Positions 40,241 to 53,098 of a DNA stretch of 64,000 nt are shown here, piece by piece. The translations under genes were made by a program, and so were the position numbers. Numbering within the stretch: position 1 is the stretch's first letter; each line of letters begins with the position of its first letter. Origin of the DNA: Chloroflexota bacterium (GTDB taxonomy: Bacteria; Chloroflexota; Dehalococcoidia; UBA2979); contig CANJBO010000006.1 in the NCBI GenBank assembly GCA_947472995.1, positions 4,354 through 68,353 on the forward strand, read 5' to 3'. The notes beneath the pieces are model-generated. The model was given only the letters and a program-made list of their open reading frames with translations, was not told the origin of the DNA and did not search any database.

Positions 40241-40312
40241 CCGGAGCAGGTACCTCGACACGGCTACGCGCCTCGACATCGCCGGGCGCGGGCAGCCATC
40301 GATGGTCTCCGG

Positions 40313-40405
40313 AGGTGGCAGAGGCGCCCCGCGACCTCTCGCCAGCCGGGTATCCCGGCATCGCAGAGATGCTGCCGGCGCGGGTATCCCGCGCTTCGGC
40401 CGCAA
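40313..40405 (-). repeat. Family C structured repeat (two GGGATACCC cores)
   Basis: Reverse complement reads TTGCGG..CGGGATACCCG..CGGGATACCCGG..GAGGTCGCGGGGCGCCTCTGCCAC. Confidence 0.6.
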
Positions 40406-40423
40406 GAAGAAAAGCACAGACGC

Positions 40424-40455
40424 GAAGAGCGCCCCGCGGGGACGGGGCGCTCTTC
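40424..40455 (-). terminator. Hairpin terminator downstream of the small ORF
   Basis: GAAGAGCGCCCCG...CGGGGCGCTCTTC 13-bp stem. Confidence 0.6.
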
Positions 40456-40516
40456 AAAGGGTTCGACCGGGAATCCCGCGGCGGGGGAGGGGTCCCTCCG
40501 CGAGCGGCCTACCGTG

Positions 40517-40657
40517 CTAGGCGCGAGCCTCGAAGCTGACGCGGTCGAGGATCTCGCTGCGCGTCTCGCGCTTGACCTCGGCGTACGTCGGCACCGAGCG
40601 GGTGCCGCGGGCGACGATGGCGTTATAGAGGCGCTGTACCTGGTTGGTCTCAATCAT
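40517..40657 (-). CDS. Small hypothetical protein (46 aa)
   Basis: MIETNQVQRLYNAIVARGTRSVPTYAEVKRE...; GC3-biased codons, own leader and terminator. Confidence 0.6.
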   Translation of the reverse strand: MIETNQVQRLYNAIVARGTRSVPTYAEVKRETRSEILDRVSFEARA

Positions 40658-40903
40658 CTGTCGTTCCAACTCTCTCCGGTTCGGCAAGGGCCTACACCCC
40701 GACCGCCCAGACTTCGCTCGAGATTCGGGTTCAGTGGTGAATCTCGATGTCTGTAGTTTCCCCCTGCCGGGAGGCCTTCGCAAGTGAATGTGCGCACAAT
40801 CACGTAAATTCGACGTTAAATCGCGGCGAAACATCCCGGCAGCGTCAGGGGCCACCCTGACACCGGGACGGGAGATCACCTAGCGGGCAATGGCACGAGG
40901 GGG

Positions 40904-42211
40904 CTAGGAGCGGGCGAGGGCCTCGACCGGCGTGCAGAGCAGGTCGTACGGGAGCGCGCCATCGATGTGGACGCGCACCATCGAGCCCATCGGGTAGGTG
41001 CCCTTCACGAGCGCGAGGCCGTCGACCTCCGGGGCGTCGCGGGCGGTGCGGCCGACGACGATCGCCTCGCCGGTGGCGGACTGGCCGGGCTCGCGTGACT
41101 CGATCAGCACGTCGACCTCGCGACCGACCTGTGCGCGGTTCGCGGTGTGCGAGATGCCCTGCGCCAGCTCCATCAGGCGGCCGTAGCGCTCCTGCTTCAC
41201 CGCCTCCGGCACCTGGTCGGCGTACGCGGCCGCGGGCGTGCCGACCTGCGGCGAGTACGTGAACGCGCCGACGTGGTCGATGCGCTCCTCCTCGACGAAG
41301 CGCAGCAGCTCGCGGAACTCCTGCTCCGTCTCACCGGGGAAGCCGACGATGAACGTCGAGCGCAGCGTCACGTCCGGGATCGCGCGGCGGATCGTCTCGA
41401 TGCTCCGGTAGGACTTCGCCAGCGTCGGCCGCTTCATGCGCCGCAGCATCGAGTCGCTGCCGTGCTGGAGCGGCATGTCGAGGTACGGCACGACGTTCGG
41501 CAGCGACGCCATCGCCTCCGCGAGGCGCGGCGTGACGCGGCCGGGGTACGCGTACATCAGGCGGATCCACGGCACTTCCGGCACGCCGGCCGAGAGGTCC
41601 TCGAGCAGCGCGGCGAGGCCGTCGCGCATGCTCTCGTCCTCGGCGTACGCGGTGGAGTCCTGCGCGACCAGCACCAGCTCCTTCGCGCCGGCGGCGGCGT
41701 ACATGCGCGCCTCGGCGACGAGGCGACCGACGGGCGCCGAGTGCATGCCACCCTTGATCGTCGGGATGATGCAGAACGTGCACGGCCGGTCGCAGCCGTC
41801 GGAGATCTTGAGGTACGCGCTGGGCGCGCCGAGCACCGGCAGCGCGACGGCCGGGATGTCGTACGTCTCGCTCGCCGCGCCGATCGAGGCGGAGATCTCG
41901 TCCCACTGCTCCACGCCGAAGGTCGCGTCGATGTTCGGGACGGCGGCACGCACCTCGTCCTCCGCGATCTGCGTCATGCAGCCGACGACGTAGAGCTTCT
42001 GGTCCGCGCGACGGTTCGCATCGAGCTGGCGAACGACGTCGACGGACTCGTCCTTCGCGGCGTCGATGAAGCCGCAGGTGTTGACCACCAGCAGGTCGGC
42101 ATCCTCGGGCGTGGTGACGCCGACGTGGCGGCCCGTGCGCAGCGCGTGCTCCAGTCGCATCGAGTCGACGGTGTTCTTCGCGCAGCCGAGGGTGACGAGG
42201 TGGTACTTCAC
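40904..42211 (-). CDS. rimO: Ribosomal protein S12 methylthiotransferase
   Basis: LGCAKNTVDS, NTCGFIDAAKDES, YLKISDGCDRPCTFCIIP, APEVDG TRAM domain. Confidence 0.95.
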   Translation of the reverse strand: MKYHLVTLGCAKNTVDSMRLEHALRTGRHVGVTTPEDADLLVVNTCGFIDAAKDESVDVVRQLDANRRADQKLYVVGCMTQIAEDEVRAAVPNIDATFGVEQWDEISASIGAASETYDIPAVALPVLGAPSAYLKISDGCDRPCTFCIIPTIKGGMHSAPVGRLVAEARMYAAAGAKELVLVAQDSTAYAEDESMRDGLAALLEDLSAGVPEVPWIRLMYAYPGRVTPRLAEAMASLPNVVPYLDMPLQHGSDSMLRRMKRPTLAKSYRSIETIRRAIPDVTLRSTFIVGFPGETEQEFRELLRFVEEERIDHVGAFTYSPQVGTPAAAYADQVPEAVKQERYGRLMELAQGISHTANRAQVGREVDVLIESREPGQSATGEAIVVGRTARDAPEVDGLALVKGTYPMGSMVRVHIDGALPYDLLCTPVEALARS

Positions 42212-42289
42212 AGAACCACCAGTCTACGGCCGCACGGGTTCAGGGCGCGATTCGGGTGCGCGAGGACAATCGCGGGTCGTCAGAGGGAA

Positions 42290-42331
42290 CCCCCTCACCC
42301 TCACCCTCTCCCCCGTGAAGGGGGCGAGGGG
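42290..42331 (+). repeat. Family A single unit
   Basis: CCCCTCACCCTCACCCTCTCCCCCGTGAAGGGGGCGAGGGG. Confidence 0.8.
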
Positions 42332-42372
42332 ATCAGAGCGGAAGAATCGAGCAGAACAGCAGCCCTTCGAAG

Positions 42373-43140
42373 CTACCGGGCGGGCGTTGCGCTCGGCGTG
42401 GGCGTCGAGGCGCCGCCGGCGGCCTGCGAGATGAACAGCGTGATCACGTCGCCGCGCTTCACCGGCTGGCCGGCACCCGGCGACTGCCGGAAGACCGTCC
42501 CGGCGGGGGCGCTGTTCTGCGACTCGAAGATCAGCGGGGTCAGGCCGGCGCTGGCGAGCGTGGCGGTCGCCGCCTCGCGCGTCGCACCCACGAGGTTCGG
42601 CGCGTCGAGGTCGACCTGGAGCGCGGCGGTCGCGGTGGGCGTCGGGGCGCTGTCCGTGCCGGTCGTGCCGCGGAGCCGGGGCACCACCACGAAGCCGGCG
42701 ATCAGCAGCACGGCCGCCGCGGCGAGGCCGATCAGCATCGGCGGGCTGAGCGTGGGCAGCGTCGGCAGCGAGGCGGGAGCCGAGCGGCGCAGGCCGGGCA
42801 TCGGGTCGAGCTCGGTCGGGCGTGGTAGGTCGCGCGGGACGGCCCGCACGGCCTCGTCCGGGTCGAGGCCGAGGTAGCGCGCGTAGGAGCGCATGAACCC
42901 GCGCGCGTAGACCGGCGCCGGCAGCGCGTCGAAGCGCGCGTTCTCCAGCGCCTCGATGTACGTGCGGTTGATGCGGATGTCCTGCTCGACGTCGGACAGC
43001 GTGATGCCGCGCTCCGTGCGCGACTGGCGCAGGACGTCGCCGGTGCGGCGAGCACGCTCGCGCGCCTCGCCGGCGCTGGCGGCCGCGCGCTCCTCGGCCT
43101 CCGCGCGCTGCGCCCGCTCGCCGCGTCCCGGCCAGTTCAT
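42373..43140 (-). CDS. RodZ-like HTH membrane protein with C-terminal PASTA domain
   Basis: GDVLRQ.R, ALE..FDALPAPVYARGFMRSYARYLGL, TM helix, PNLVG...GTVFRQSP.AG PASTA. Confidence 0.85.
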   Translation of the reverse strand: MNWPGRGERAQRAEAEERAAASAGEARERARRTGDVLRQSRTERGITLSDVEQDIRINRTYIEALENARFDALPAPVYARGFMRSYARYLGLDPDEAVRAVPRDLPRPTELDPMPGLRRSAPASLPTLPTLSPPMLIGLAAAAVLLIAGFVVVPRLRGTTGTDSAPTPTATAALQVDLDAPNLVGATREAATATLASAGLTPLIFESQNSAPAGTVFRQSPGAGQPVKRGDVITLFISQAAGGASTPTPSATPAR

Positions 43141-43165
43141 CGGATCTGCCTCGACAGGAGCGTCA

Positions 43166-44215
43166 CTAGGCGGGGTCGACGCCGGCGAACTGCACGAGCG
43201 ACTTCAGCCCGTTCATCGCGAGACGCGCGGTGTAGGCCTCGGGCGACGTCTCGACGGTGTAGCGGTTCGTCACCACCTCGTCGATGTGGGGGGTCGTGCG
43301 GAGCAGGCGCAGCGTGCGGCGGTACTGGTCCGTCGTCGCGTTCTGGCTGCCGGTGAGCGACACCTCGGAGTAGTGCACGAGGTTCGGGTCGAACGGCACC
43401 GCCGCACCGCCGCGCGGGAAGCCCGCGAACAGGTTGATCACCGCTTGCGGTCGCGCGAGATCGAGGGCCGGCGCGACCAGCTCGGCGATCCCGACCGAGA
43501 CGATCACCGCGTCCGCGCCCAGCCCGCCGGTCGCGGACTTCACGGCGCCCTTCACGTCGTCCGTCGCCGGGTCGAGCACGAGGTCCGCGCCCCAGCGCTT
43601 CGCGATCTCGCGGCGCTCCGCGATCGGCTCGCTGACGATGATCGGGCCGGCGCCCAGCGCCTGCGCCATGATCAGGTGCAGCAGCCCCATCGGCCCCGCG
43701 CCGACGATCGCCATCGAGGTGCCCGCGCCCACCTGGCACAGCTCCAGTGAGGCGAGCGTGCACGCGGCGGGCTCGGTCAGCGCCGCGATGTCCAGCGGCA
43801 GGTCCGACGAGACCTCGAACACCTGCCCCGCGGAGACGATCGACGCCGGCACGACGAGGTAGTCGGCGAACCCGCCGTCGAGGTCGTAGCCGAGCGTGAG
43901 CCGCTTCGAGCAGCGGTTGCGCCGGCCGAGCTGACAGTAGAGGCACTGGTTGCATGCGACGATCGGGCAGACGATCACCCGCTGGCCCTCGCGCAGCCCC
44001 GCGACGCCCTCCCCGACCTGGTCGATGACGCCCGACACCTCGTGACCGGGGATGACGCCCGCGGCGGCGTACTTCTCGCCGCGGTACACGCGCACGTCCG
44101 AGGCGCAGAGCGAGGCCGCGGCGATGCGCATCCGGATCTCGCCCGGCCCGGCGGTCGGCTCGGGGCGATCCTCGACGGTGACGTTGCCGGGGGCGTTGAA
44201 GATCGTGGCGCGCAT
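43166..44215 (-). CDS. Zn-dependent (MDR) sugar/alcohol dehydrogenase
   Basis: CASD, GHE, CxxCxxCx7C, GAGPMG. Confidence 0.9.
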   Translation of the reverse strand: MRATIFNAPGNVTVEDRPEPTAGPGEIRMRIAAASLCASDVRVYRGEKYAAAGVIPGHEVSGVIDQVGEGVAGLREGQRVIVCPIVACNQCLYCQLGRRNRCSKRLTLGYDLDGGFADYLVVPASIVSAGQVFEVSSDLPLDIAALTEPAACTLASLELCQVGAGTSMAIVGAGPMGLLHLIMAQALGAGPIIVSEPIAERREIAKRWGADLVLDPATDDVKGAVKSATGGLGADAVIVSVGIAELVAPALDLARPQAVINLFAGFPRGGAAVPFDPNLVHYSEVSLTGSQNATTDQYRRTLRLLRTTPHIDEVVTNRYTVETSPEAYTARLAMNGLKSLVQFAGVDPA

Positions 44216-44315
44216 GGGTACCTCGTCGAATGGCAGGGGGGTGAAGCGCAGTATCGCAGTCCGCGAACGCCCGCGCATCGTGGGCCTGAGCATGGCGCGG
44301 TGAACAGCGCCCGGG

Positions 44316-44753
44316 CTAGCCGAGCTTCTCGGCCAGCTCGACGATGATCCCCTCGGGACCGCGGACGTAGCAGAGGCGGTAGCTGTCCTCGTACTGCTCG
44401 ATCTCGCCGACGAGGTCTCCGCCGTGGGCGCGCACGGTGGCGACGGCGGCGTGGACGTCATCGACGCCGAACGAGAGGTGCCGCAGGCCGAGGGTGTTCG
44501 TGGGCGCGCCCGGGTCACCGGGAAGCGTCACCGGGCTGTGGAACTTCGAGAGCTCGAGGCGGCTGTGGCCATCCGGCGTCTCGAGCATCGCGATCTCCGA
44601 GCGGACATCCTGGACGCCGATGATGCGCTCCACCCAGCCACCCTCGACGGTGGCCCGATCCACGAGCCGCAACCCGAGCGCGACGAAGAACTCGATCGCC
44701 GTGTCCATGTCGTTGACCACGATGCCCACGTGGTCCATGCGTTGAATCGTCAT
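44316..44753 (-). CDS. VOC/glyoxalase family protein
   Basis: MDHVGIVV.D, LGLRHLSFGVDD, YVRGPEGIIVELAE. Confidence 0.9.
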   Translation of the reverse strand: MTIQRMDHVGIVVNDMDTAIEFFVALGLRLVDRATVEGGWVERIIGVQDVRSEIAMLETPDGHSRLELSKFHSPVTLPGDPGAPTNTLGLRHLSFGVDDVHAAVATVRAHGGDLVGEIEQYEDSYRLCYVRGPEGIIVELAEKLG

Positions 44754-44842
44754 GCTGCCTCCAGCGCGAAATGGTGCTGCCTCGACGATACCGCCCGTCG
44801 AGGCACTCCCGCGTGCGCATCACCTCGCAGCGTCCGGACACG

Positions 44843-44868
44843 AAGAACCCCCGCTCGCGCGGGGGCTC
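44843..44868 (-). terminator. rpsT terminator
   Basis: Minus strand GAGCCCCCGC-GCGA-GCGGGGGTTCTT. Confidence 0.55.
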
Positions 44869-44893
44869 ATCGACGTCTTGCGGAGGTCGCGGA

Positions 44894-45169
44894 CTAGGCC
44901 GCGACGGCCGTCTGCTTCGCCTTCAGCTGCTGCGCGAGGCGCGACTTGCGGCGGGCGGCGGCGTTCGCGTGGATGACGTTGCGGCGCGCGGCGCGGTCGA
45001 GCGCGGACTGCGCGGCGCGGACCAGCTCGGTCGCATCGTCGGCGTTGCGCTGGATCGCGGTGCGGGCGTCACGCACGGCGTGGGCCGCGCGGGTGCGGAA
45101 CGGCTTGTTGCGCTCCGTGTGGGTAATGGTCTGACGGACGCGCTTGCGCGCCTGAAGCGAATGAGCCAT
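44894..45169 (-). CDS. rpsT: 30S ribosomal protein S20
   Basis: ARKRVRQ..RN, LDRAA...IHANAAARRKSRL. Confidence 0.95.
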   Translation of the reverse strand: MAHSLQARKRVRQTITHTERNKPFRTRAAHAVRDARTAIQRNADDATELVRAAQSALDRAARRNVIHANAAARRKSRLAQQLKAKQTAVAA

Positions 45170-45265
45170 CGAGCAATCCTCCTGAAGACGGACGAACATC
45201 GTAGGCGAGCCGCGCGGGCTGCGTCTATCCGCCCCCGCCCCGGGCCTGGAGCAGCGCCGAGGCTC

Positions 45266-45457
45266 TTACCGCTCCCGGCCGTCGAGGGTCGCCACGAAGG
45301 TATCCCACTCCGGGATGTCGAAGACGATCTGGTTGTCGCGGGCGGTGCGGCCGTGCTGCGTGCGGATGTGCACCTCGTGCCCGGCGGCGATGTACGAACG
45401 CAGGGCGTCGCAGAGGCCCATGAGGTACTGCTGCCGCAGCTCATCCCTCCTGGACAT
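45266..45457 (-). CDS. Small hypothetical protein (63 aa)
   Basis: GGAGGG RBS; MSRRDELRQQYLMGLCDAL...FDIPEWDTFV. Confidence 0.6.
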   Translation of the reverse strand: MSRRDELRQQYLMGLCDALRSYIAAGHEVHIRTQHGRTARDNQIVFDIPEWDTFVATLDGRER

Positions 45458-45668
45458 CGCGCCCTCCACGTCTGGACCGCACCCGTGATGCGGTGGTTCA
45501 CCCTGCCTATCGAGGCTATCGCCTCTCCCGGTCCGGTCCGGCGACCGTCACCCACGTGTGCGATGCAGATCGATGGCAGACGCGGAATCGCCTTGCAGAG
45601 ACCTTTCGCGGAACGGCGAACACGCATCATCGACGCCCGGTTTGCCCCCCCGACGGGCGAGGTCGATC

Positions 45669-47456
45669 ATGGCGGACATGCCGGACGTGCCGCCCCTCGA
45701 CTCCTCGCCGCGCTCGCGGGACCCGTTCGACGACGGCACGCCGACGCCCGGAGAGCAGCCCGGTGACCGCCGGCGCGACCTGCTGCGGCCCGCCGAGATC
45801 CCGGACGCCCCCGATGGCCCGACGCCGTACGAGGAGCACCAGCGTGACCGCGGCCGCCTGCGCCGCTACCTGATCGGCGAGCCCGCGGCGCCGCAGCGCG
45901 GACGGCTGGGGATGCTCGCCGGCGCGGCCGGCATCGTCGCCGCGGGGTTCCTGCTGTCGAGGCTGCTCGGCGTGGCGCGCTCGGTGGCGATCGCGAACGC
46001 CTTCGGCACCGACCCGGAGCTGTCCGCGTACTGGGTGGCGTTCCGCCTGCCCGACCTCGTGTTCCAGCTGCTCGCCGGGGCCACGCTGTCGTCGGCGTTC
46101 ATCCCCACGTTCAGCCGCCTCCGCCTCGAGCGCGGGTCGCGCGAGGCGTGGCGGATGGCGTCCAGCGTGCTGCACCTGGTCAGCGTGGCGACGTTCGTCG
46201 CGACCGGCCTCGCGTTCCTCGCCGCGCCGACGATCGTGCCGTGGCTCGCGCCGGGCCTCGGCCAGGCGACGGGGCGCGAGGTGGAGCTGACGGCCGACGC
46301 GGTGCGCCTGACGCGGCTGATGCTGCTGTCGCCGCTGTTCTTCGGCATCTCCGGGATGCTCACGGGCATCCTGAACGCGCGGCAGCACTTCCTCGCGCCG
46401 GCGCTCGCGCCGCTGATCTACAACCTCAGCATCATCTTCGGCGCGGTGTTCCTCGCGCAGCCGTTCGGCGTGACGGGGCTCGCGTGGGGCGTGGTGATCG
46501 GCTCGGCGGGCCACCTGCTGGTGCAGCTCCCCGCGCTGTCGAGCGTGGGCATGCGCTGGACGCCGAGCCTCGACGTGTTCGCCGAGGGCGTGCGGGACGT
46601 GATGGCGCTGATGGCGCCGCGCGTGATCGGCCTCGCGGCGTCGCAGGTGAACTTCCTCGCGGTGATCTTCTTCGCCTCGTTCGTCTCGGACGAGGCGATC
46701 AGCGCGATGAACTACGCGTTCCTGATGATGATGCTGCCGGTGGGCGTGATCGGGATGGCGATCTCGACAGCGGTCTTCCCGACGCTGGCGCAGCACGCCG
46801 CCGCGCGCGAGACGATGCTGCTGCGCAACGCGCTCACGCACGCGCTGCGCACGATCCTGCTGCTGGCGATCCCCGCGTCGGTGGGCCTGATCCTGCTCGC
46901 CGGCCCCGCCGTGCAGCTCTTGCTCGAACGAGGCGCATTCGATGACCGCTCGGCGGACCTCGTGGTGAGCGCGCTGGTGGTGTACGGGGTCGGCATCTTC
47001 GCGCACAGCGGCGTCGAGATCCTGAGCCGCGGCTTCTACGCACTCTCCGACACGCGCACGCCGGTGGCCGCGGCGGTCGTCGCGATGATCCTCAACGTCG
47101 CGCTCGCCGCGCTCCTCGTGAGGCCGTTCGAGCTGCGCGGCCTCGCGGCGGCGGCGACGATCACCGCGATCATCGAGTTCGGGCTGCTGGTGCTGGCGCT
47201 GCGCGGTCGCATCGGCGGCCTCGACGCGCCGGTGCTCACCCGCTCCGTGCGCAGCACGCTGATCGCGAGCGCGGTGATGGGCGGCGCGATCGTCGCGACG
47301 CGGTTCGGGCTGGGGTACCTTGGCGTGCGGGCGGACGGCACGCTCGGCGCGTTCGCCGTGCTGCTCGTCGCGGGCAGCCTCGGCGCCGTCGTCTTCGCCG
47401 CCGTCTCGTACCGCCTCAACCGCCAGGACTTCGAGGCGCTCCTGGCCCTCCGCTAG
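45669..47456 (+). CDS. murJ: Lipid II flippase MurJ/MviN
   Basis: SRLLG..R, AFRLPD, GATLSSAFIP, RGAFD, RGFYALSDTRTPV. Confidence 0.93.
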   Translation: MADMPDVPPLDSSPRSRDPFDDGTPTPGEQPGDRRRDLLRPAEIPDAPDGPTPYEEHQRDRGRLRRYLIGEPAAPQRGRLGMLAGAAGIVAAGFLLSRLLGVARSVAIANAFGTDPELSAYWVAFRLPDLVFQLLAGATLSSAFIPTFSRLRLERGSREAWRMASSVLHLVSVATFVATGLAFLAAPTIVPWLAPGLGQATGREVELTADAVRLTRLMLLSPLFFGISGMLTGILNARQHFLAPALAPLIYNLSIIFGAVFLAQPFGVTGLAWGVVIGSAGHLLVQLPALSSVGMRWTPSLDVFAEGVRDVMALMAPRVIGLAASQVNFLAVIFFASFVSDEAISAMNYAFLMMMLPVGVIGMAISTAVFPTLAQHAAARETMLLRNALTHALRTILLLAIPASVGLILLAGPAVQLLLERGAFDDRSADLVVSALVVYGVGIFAHSGVEILSRGFYALSDTRTPVAAAVVAMILNVALAALLVRPFELRGLAAAATITAIIEFGLLVLALRGRIGGLDAPVLTRSVRSTLIASAVMGGAIVATRFGLGYLGVRADGTLGAFAVLLVAGSLGAVVFAAVSYRLNRQDFEALLALR

Positions 47457-47489
47457 GGGCGCTGCGGCAGGACTGCTAACGTCGTCGGC

Positions 47490-48227
47490 ATGCACGACGA
47501 TGGCTACTTCGACGAACGCATCGCCGCCCGCTACGACGAGTCCTCCGCCGAGATGTTCGAGGCGGCGAGCGTCGATCCGGTGGTCGATTTCCTCGTGCCG
47601 CTTGCGGGCGACGGCCGCGCGCTGGAGCTGGGCATCGGCACGGGGCGGATCGCGCTGCCGCTCGCGCGTCGCGGTGTGCCCGTGCACGGCATCGACCTGT
47701 CGAGCGCGATGATCGCGCGGCTGCGCGCGAAGCCGGGCGGCGCGGACATCGGGGTGACGGTCGGCGACTTCGCGACCGCGCGCGCGGAGGGGACGTTCGC
47801 CCTCGCGTACCTCGTCTTCAACACGATCATGAACCTCACGACCCAGGAGACGCAGACCGCGTGCTTCCGCAACGTCGCGGCGCACCTCGAACCCGGCGGC
47901 ACGTTCGTGATCGAGACGATGCTGCCGGACCTCCAGCGCCTCCCGCCCGGCGAGACGGTCCGCCCCTTCCGCGTCGCCGAGGACCGCTGGGGCTTCGACG
48001 AGTACGACGTCGCAAACCAGGGCCTGACGTCGCACCACTTCGCCGTCGTGGACGGCCGGCTGGAGCGCTTCTCCGCTCCGTTCCGCTACGTGTGGCCCGC
48101 CGAGCTGGACCTGATGGCGCGCCTCGCCGGGATGACGCCACGCGAGCGGTGGTCGGGCTGGCAGCGCGAGCCGTTCACGAGCGACAGCCGACGCCTCGTG
48201 GCGGTCTGGGAGAAGCCCCGCGACTAA
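47490..48227 (+). CDS. Class I SAM-dependent methyltransferase
   Basis: ALELGIGTGR motif I, GIDLS..M, HLEPGG. Confidence 0.9.
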   Translation: MHDDGYFDERIAARYDESSAEMFEAASVDPVVDFLVPLAGDGRALELGIGTGRIALPLARRGVPVHGIDLSSAMIARLRAKPGGADIGVTVGDFATARAEGTFALAYLVFNTIMNLTTQETQTACFRNVAAHLEPGGTFVIETMLPDLQRLPPGETVRPFRVAEDRWGFDEYDVANQGLTSHHFAVVDGRLERFSAPFRYVWPAELDLMARLAGMTPRERWSGWQREPFTSDSRRLVAVWEKPRD

Positions 48228-48274
48228 GCGACGGCGGTGCGCAGCGTTCTTCGAGTACCGACGGGAGACTGCGA

Positions 48275-48471
48275 GGGGCGGCCCACCCCTGCCCCTCCCG
48301 GCGCGGGAGGGGTTCTGAACTTCAGAGATGATGCGAGGAGCTGCGCCCTCACACTCCCGGCGGATTGGTCAGACTCCGACTCTGCGTTCGGATCAGGATG
48401 CTCGAAGGGGCTACGCCCCTTCGAATCTCATCCCCTTCCCGCGCAGGGAAGGGGCAGGGGATGGGCCGCCC
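48275..48471. mobile_element. Family B inverted doublet
   Basis: Left and right arms inverted, each followed inward by a GAGG/GAAGGGG-CTRCG-CCC hairpin. Confidence 0.7.
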
Positions 48472-48667
48472 TGCGGTTGAACTTCGACCGCTCTCGTAGC
48501 CACGCCATCCACCGACCGGCCCGCTGCACGGCTGTGACGGCGTCGCACTTCGACGGGCTGCTATACTGACAGCGCCCCCACCTTCACAAGGGAGCATCGG
48601 AAAGCGGACGCGCGGTGCGTCCGCTTCTTGGCGTGTGCTTCCGCGTGAAGCGCGATAGGAGCCTCGA

Positions 48668-49195
48668 ATGGCATTCAACGACCGCGAACTGGCATGCCGC
48701 GACTGCGGGTCGACGTTCGTCTTCACCTCCGGTGAGCAGGAGTTCTACGCGACGAAGGGCCTCCAGCACGACCCCGTGCGCTGCCCGTCCTGCCGCCAGA
48801 CCCGCAAGCTGCTGCGCCCCGAGGACCGCGAGGAGTCGCCGACCTTCGGCGTGTACGTCTCGTGGGGCGGGCGCACGCCGCGCCAGCTGCACGTCGCCGC
48901 CTGCCACCAGTGCGGCCAGACGACCGAGGTGCCGTTCGTGCCTCGTGGCGACCGCCCGGTGTACTGCTCGAACTGCTACAACGACGTCCGCCAGAAGCTC
49001 GAGGCGCAGGAGGCTGTGGAGGCCGAGGCCGCCGCGGCCCGCATCTCCGCCGCCGCCGGCCACGCCGCTGCCGCCCTGGAGGGCAACGGCCCGCCGCGTG
49101 TCGTCGTCATGGACACCGACGCCGACCGCATCGAGGTGAGCAGCGCGTCGGTCGCCGTCGTTGATCCGGAAGAAGCCGAAGACCTAGACTCGTAG
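48668..49195 (+). CDS. Double zinc-ribbon protein (zf-trcl plus CxxC-x17-CxxC)
   Basis: CRDCG..FVFT.GEQEFY..KG..P.RCPSCR; C..CG..TEVPFVP...RPVYC..CY. Confidence 0.9.
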   Translation: MAFNDRELACRDCGSTFVFTSGEQEFYATKGLQHDPVRCPSCRQTRKLLRPEDREESPTFGVYVSWGGRTPRQLHVAACHQCGQTTEVPFVPRGDRPVYCSNCYNDVRQKLEAQEAVEAEAAAARISAAAGHAAAALEGNGPPRVVVMDTDADRIEVSSASVAVVDPEEAEDLDS

Positions 49196-49218
49196 CCAGC
49201 AACGCAGACACAGACAAC

Positions 49219-49545
49219 AGCGACGACGGAGACAAGTAGTCCTGCAGCGACCGGTGAGCGAACCCGGGACGGTGTGAGCCGGGGACGAGCCGCGCAGGAC
49301 GAAGATCCCTCCCGAGCTGCCGCCCGAACCCCTCGACCGCTCCCGGAGTCATCGCTCCCCGGAGCCGTCGAGGACAGTAGACGCGGCCGGAGCGCCCACC
49401 GTTACCAGGGGCAGCGCGGTGACTGCCGCGCAGTGAGCGGCGCGATGCACGAGAGTGCGCGCGCAACGCGGGTGGTACCGCGGGTGTTCGATCTTCGAGC
49501 GCTCGTCCCGCACCAGACATGGTGTGTGGACGGGCGCTTTTTGTT
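49219..49545 (+). ncRNA. T-box riboswitch (Ile) with intrinsic terminator
   Basis: AGTAG and GGTGTGAG stem I motifs; ATC specifier at 49305-49307; T-box AACGCGGGTGGTACCGCG at 49465-49482; GCGCTCGTCC...GGACGGGCGCTTTTT terminator; precedes ileS. Confidence 0.92.
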
Positions 49546-49624
49546 GCGCGCATTTCATCGGGCGAAGGCCGGGATACCCGGCCCGCCCGAAACAGACCTA
49601 CGGGCTACGAGGATCGAGGGTTCG

Positions 49625-52992
<3,368 letters not shown>

Positions 52993-52993
<1 letters not shown>

Positions 52994-53087
52994 GCCCCTC
53001 GCCCTGCCCTCTCCCGACCGGGAGAGGGTTCTGAGTTCGGAAGTCTGGCCCCCTCTCCCCGTTCGGGGAGAGGGCTGGGGTGAGGGC
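52993..53087. repeat. Family A inverted doublet
   Basis: Between convergent ileS and yihY. Confidence 0.85.
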
Positions 53088-53098
53088 ATCCCCGCTCG

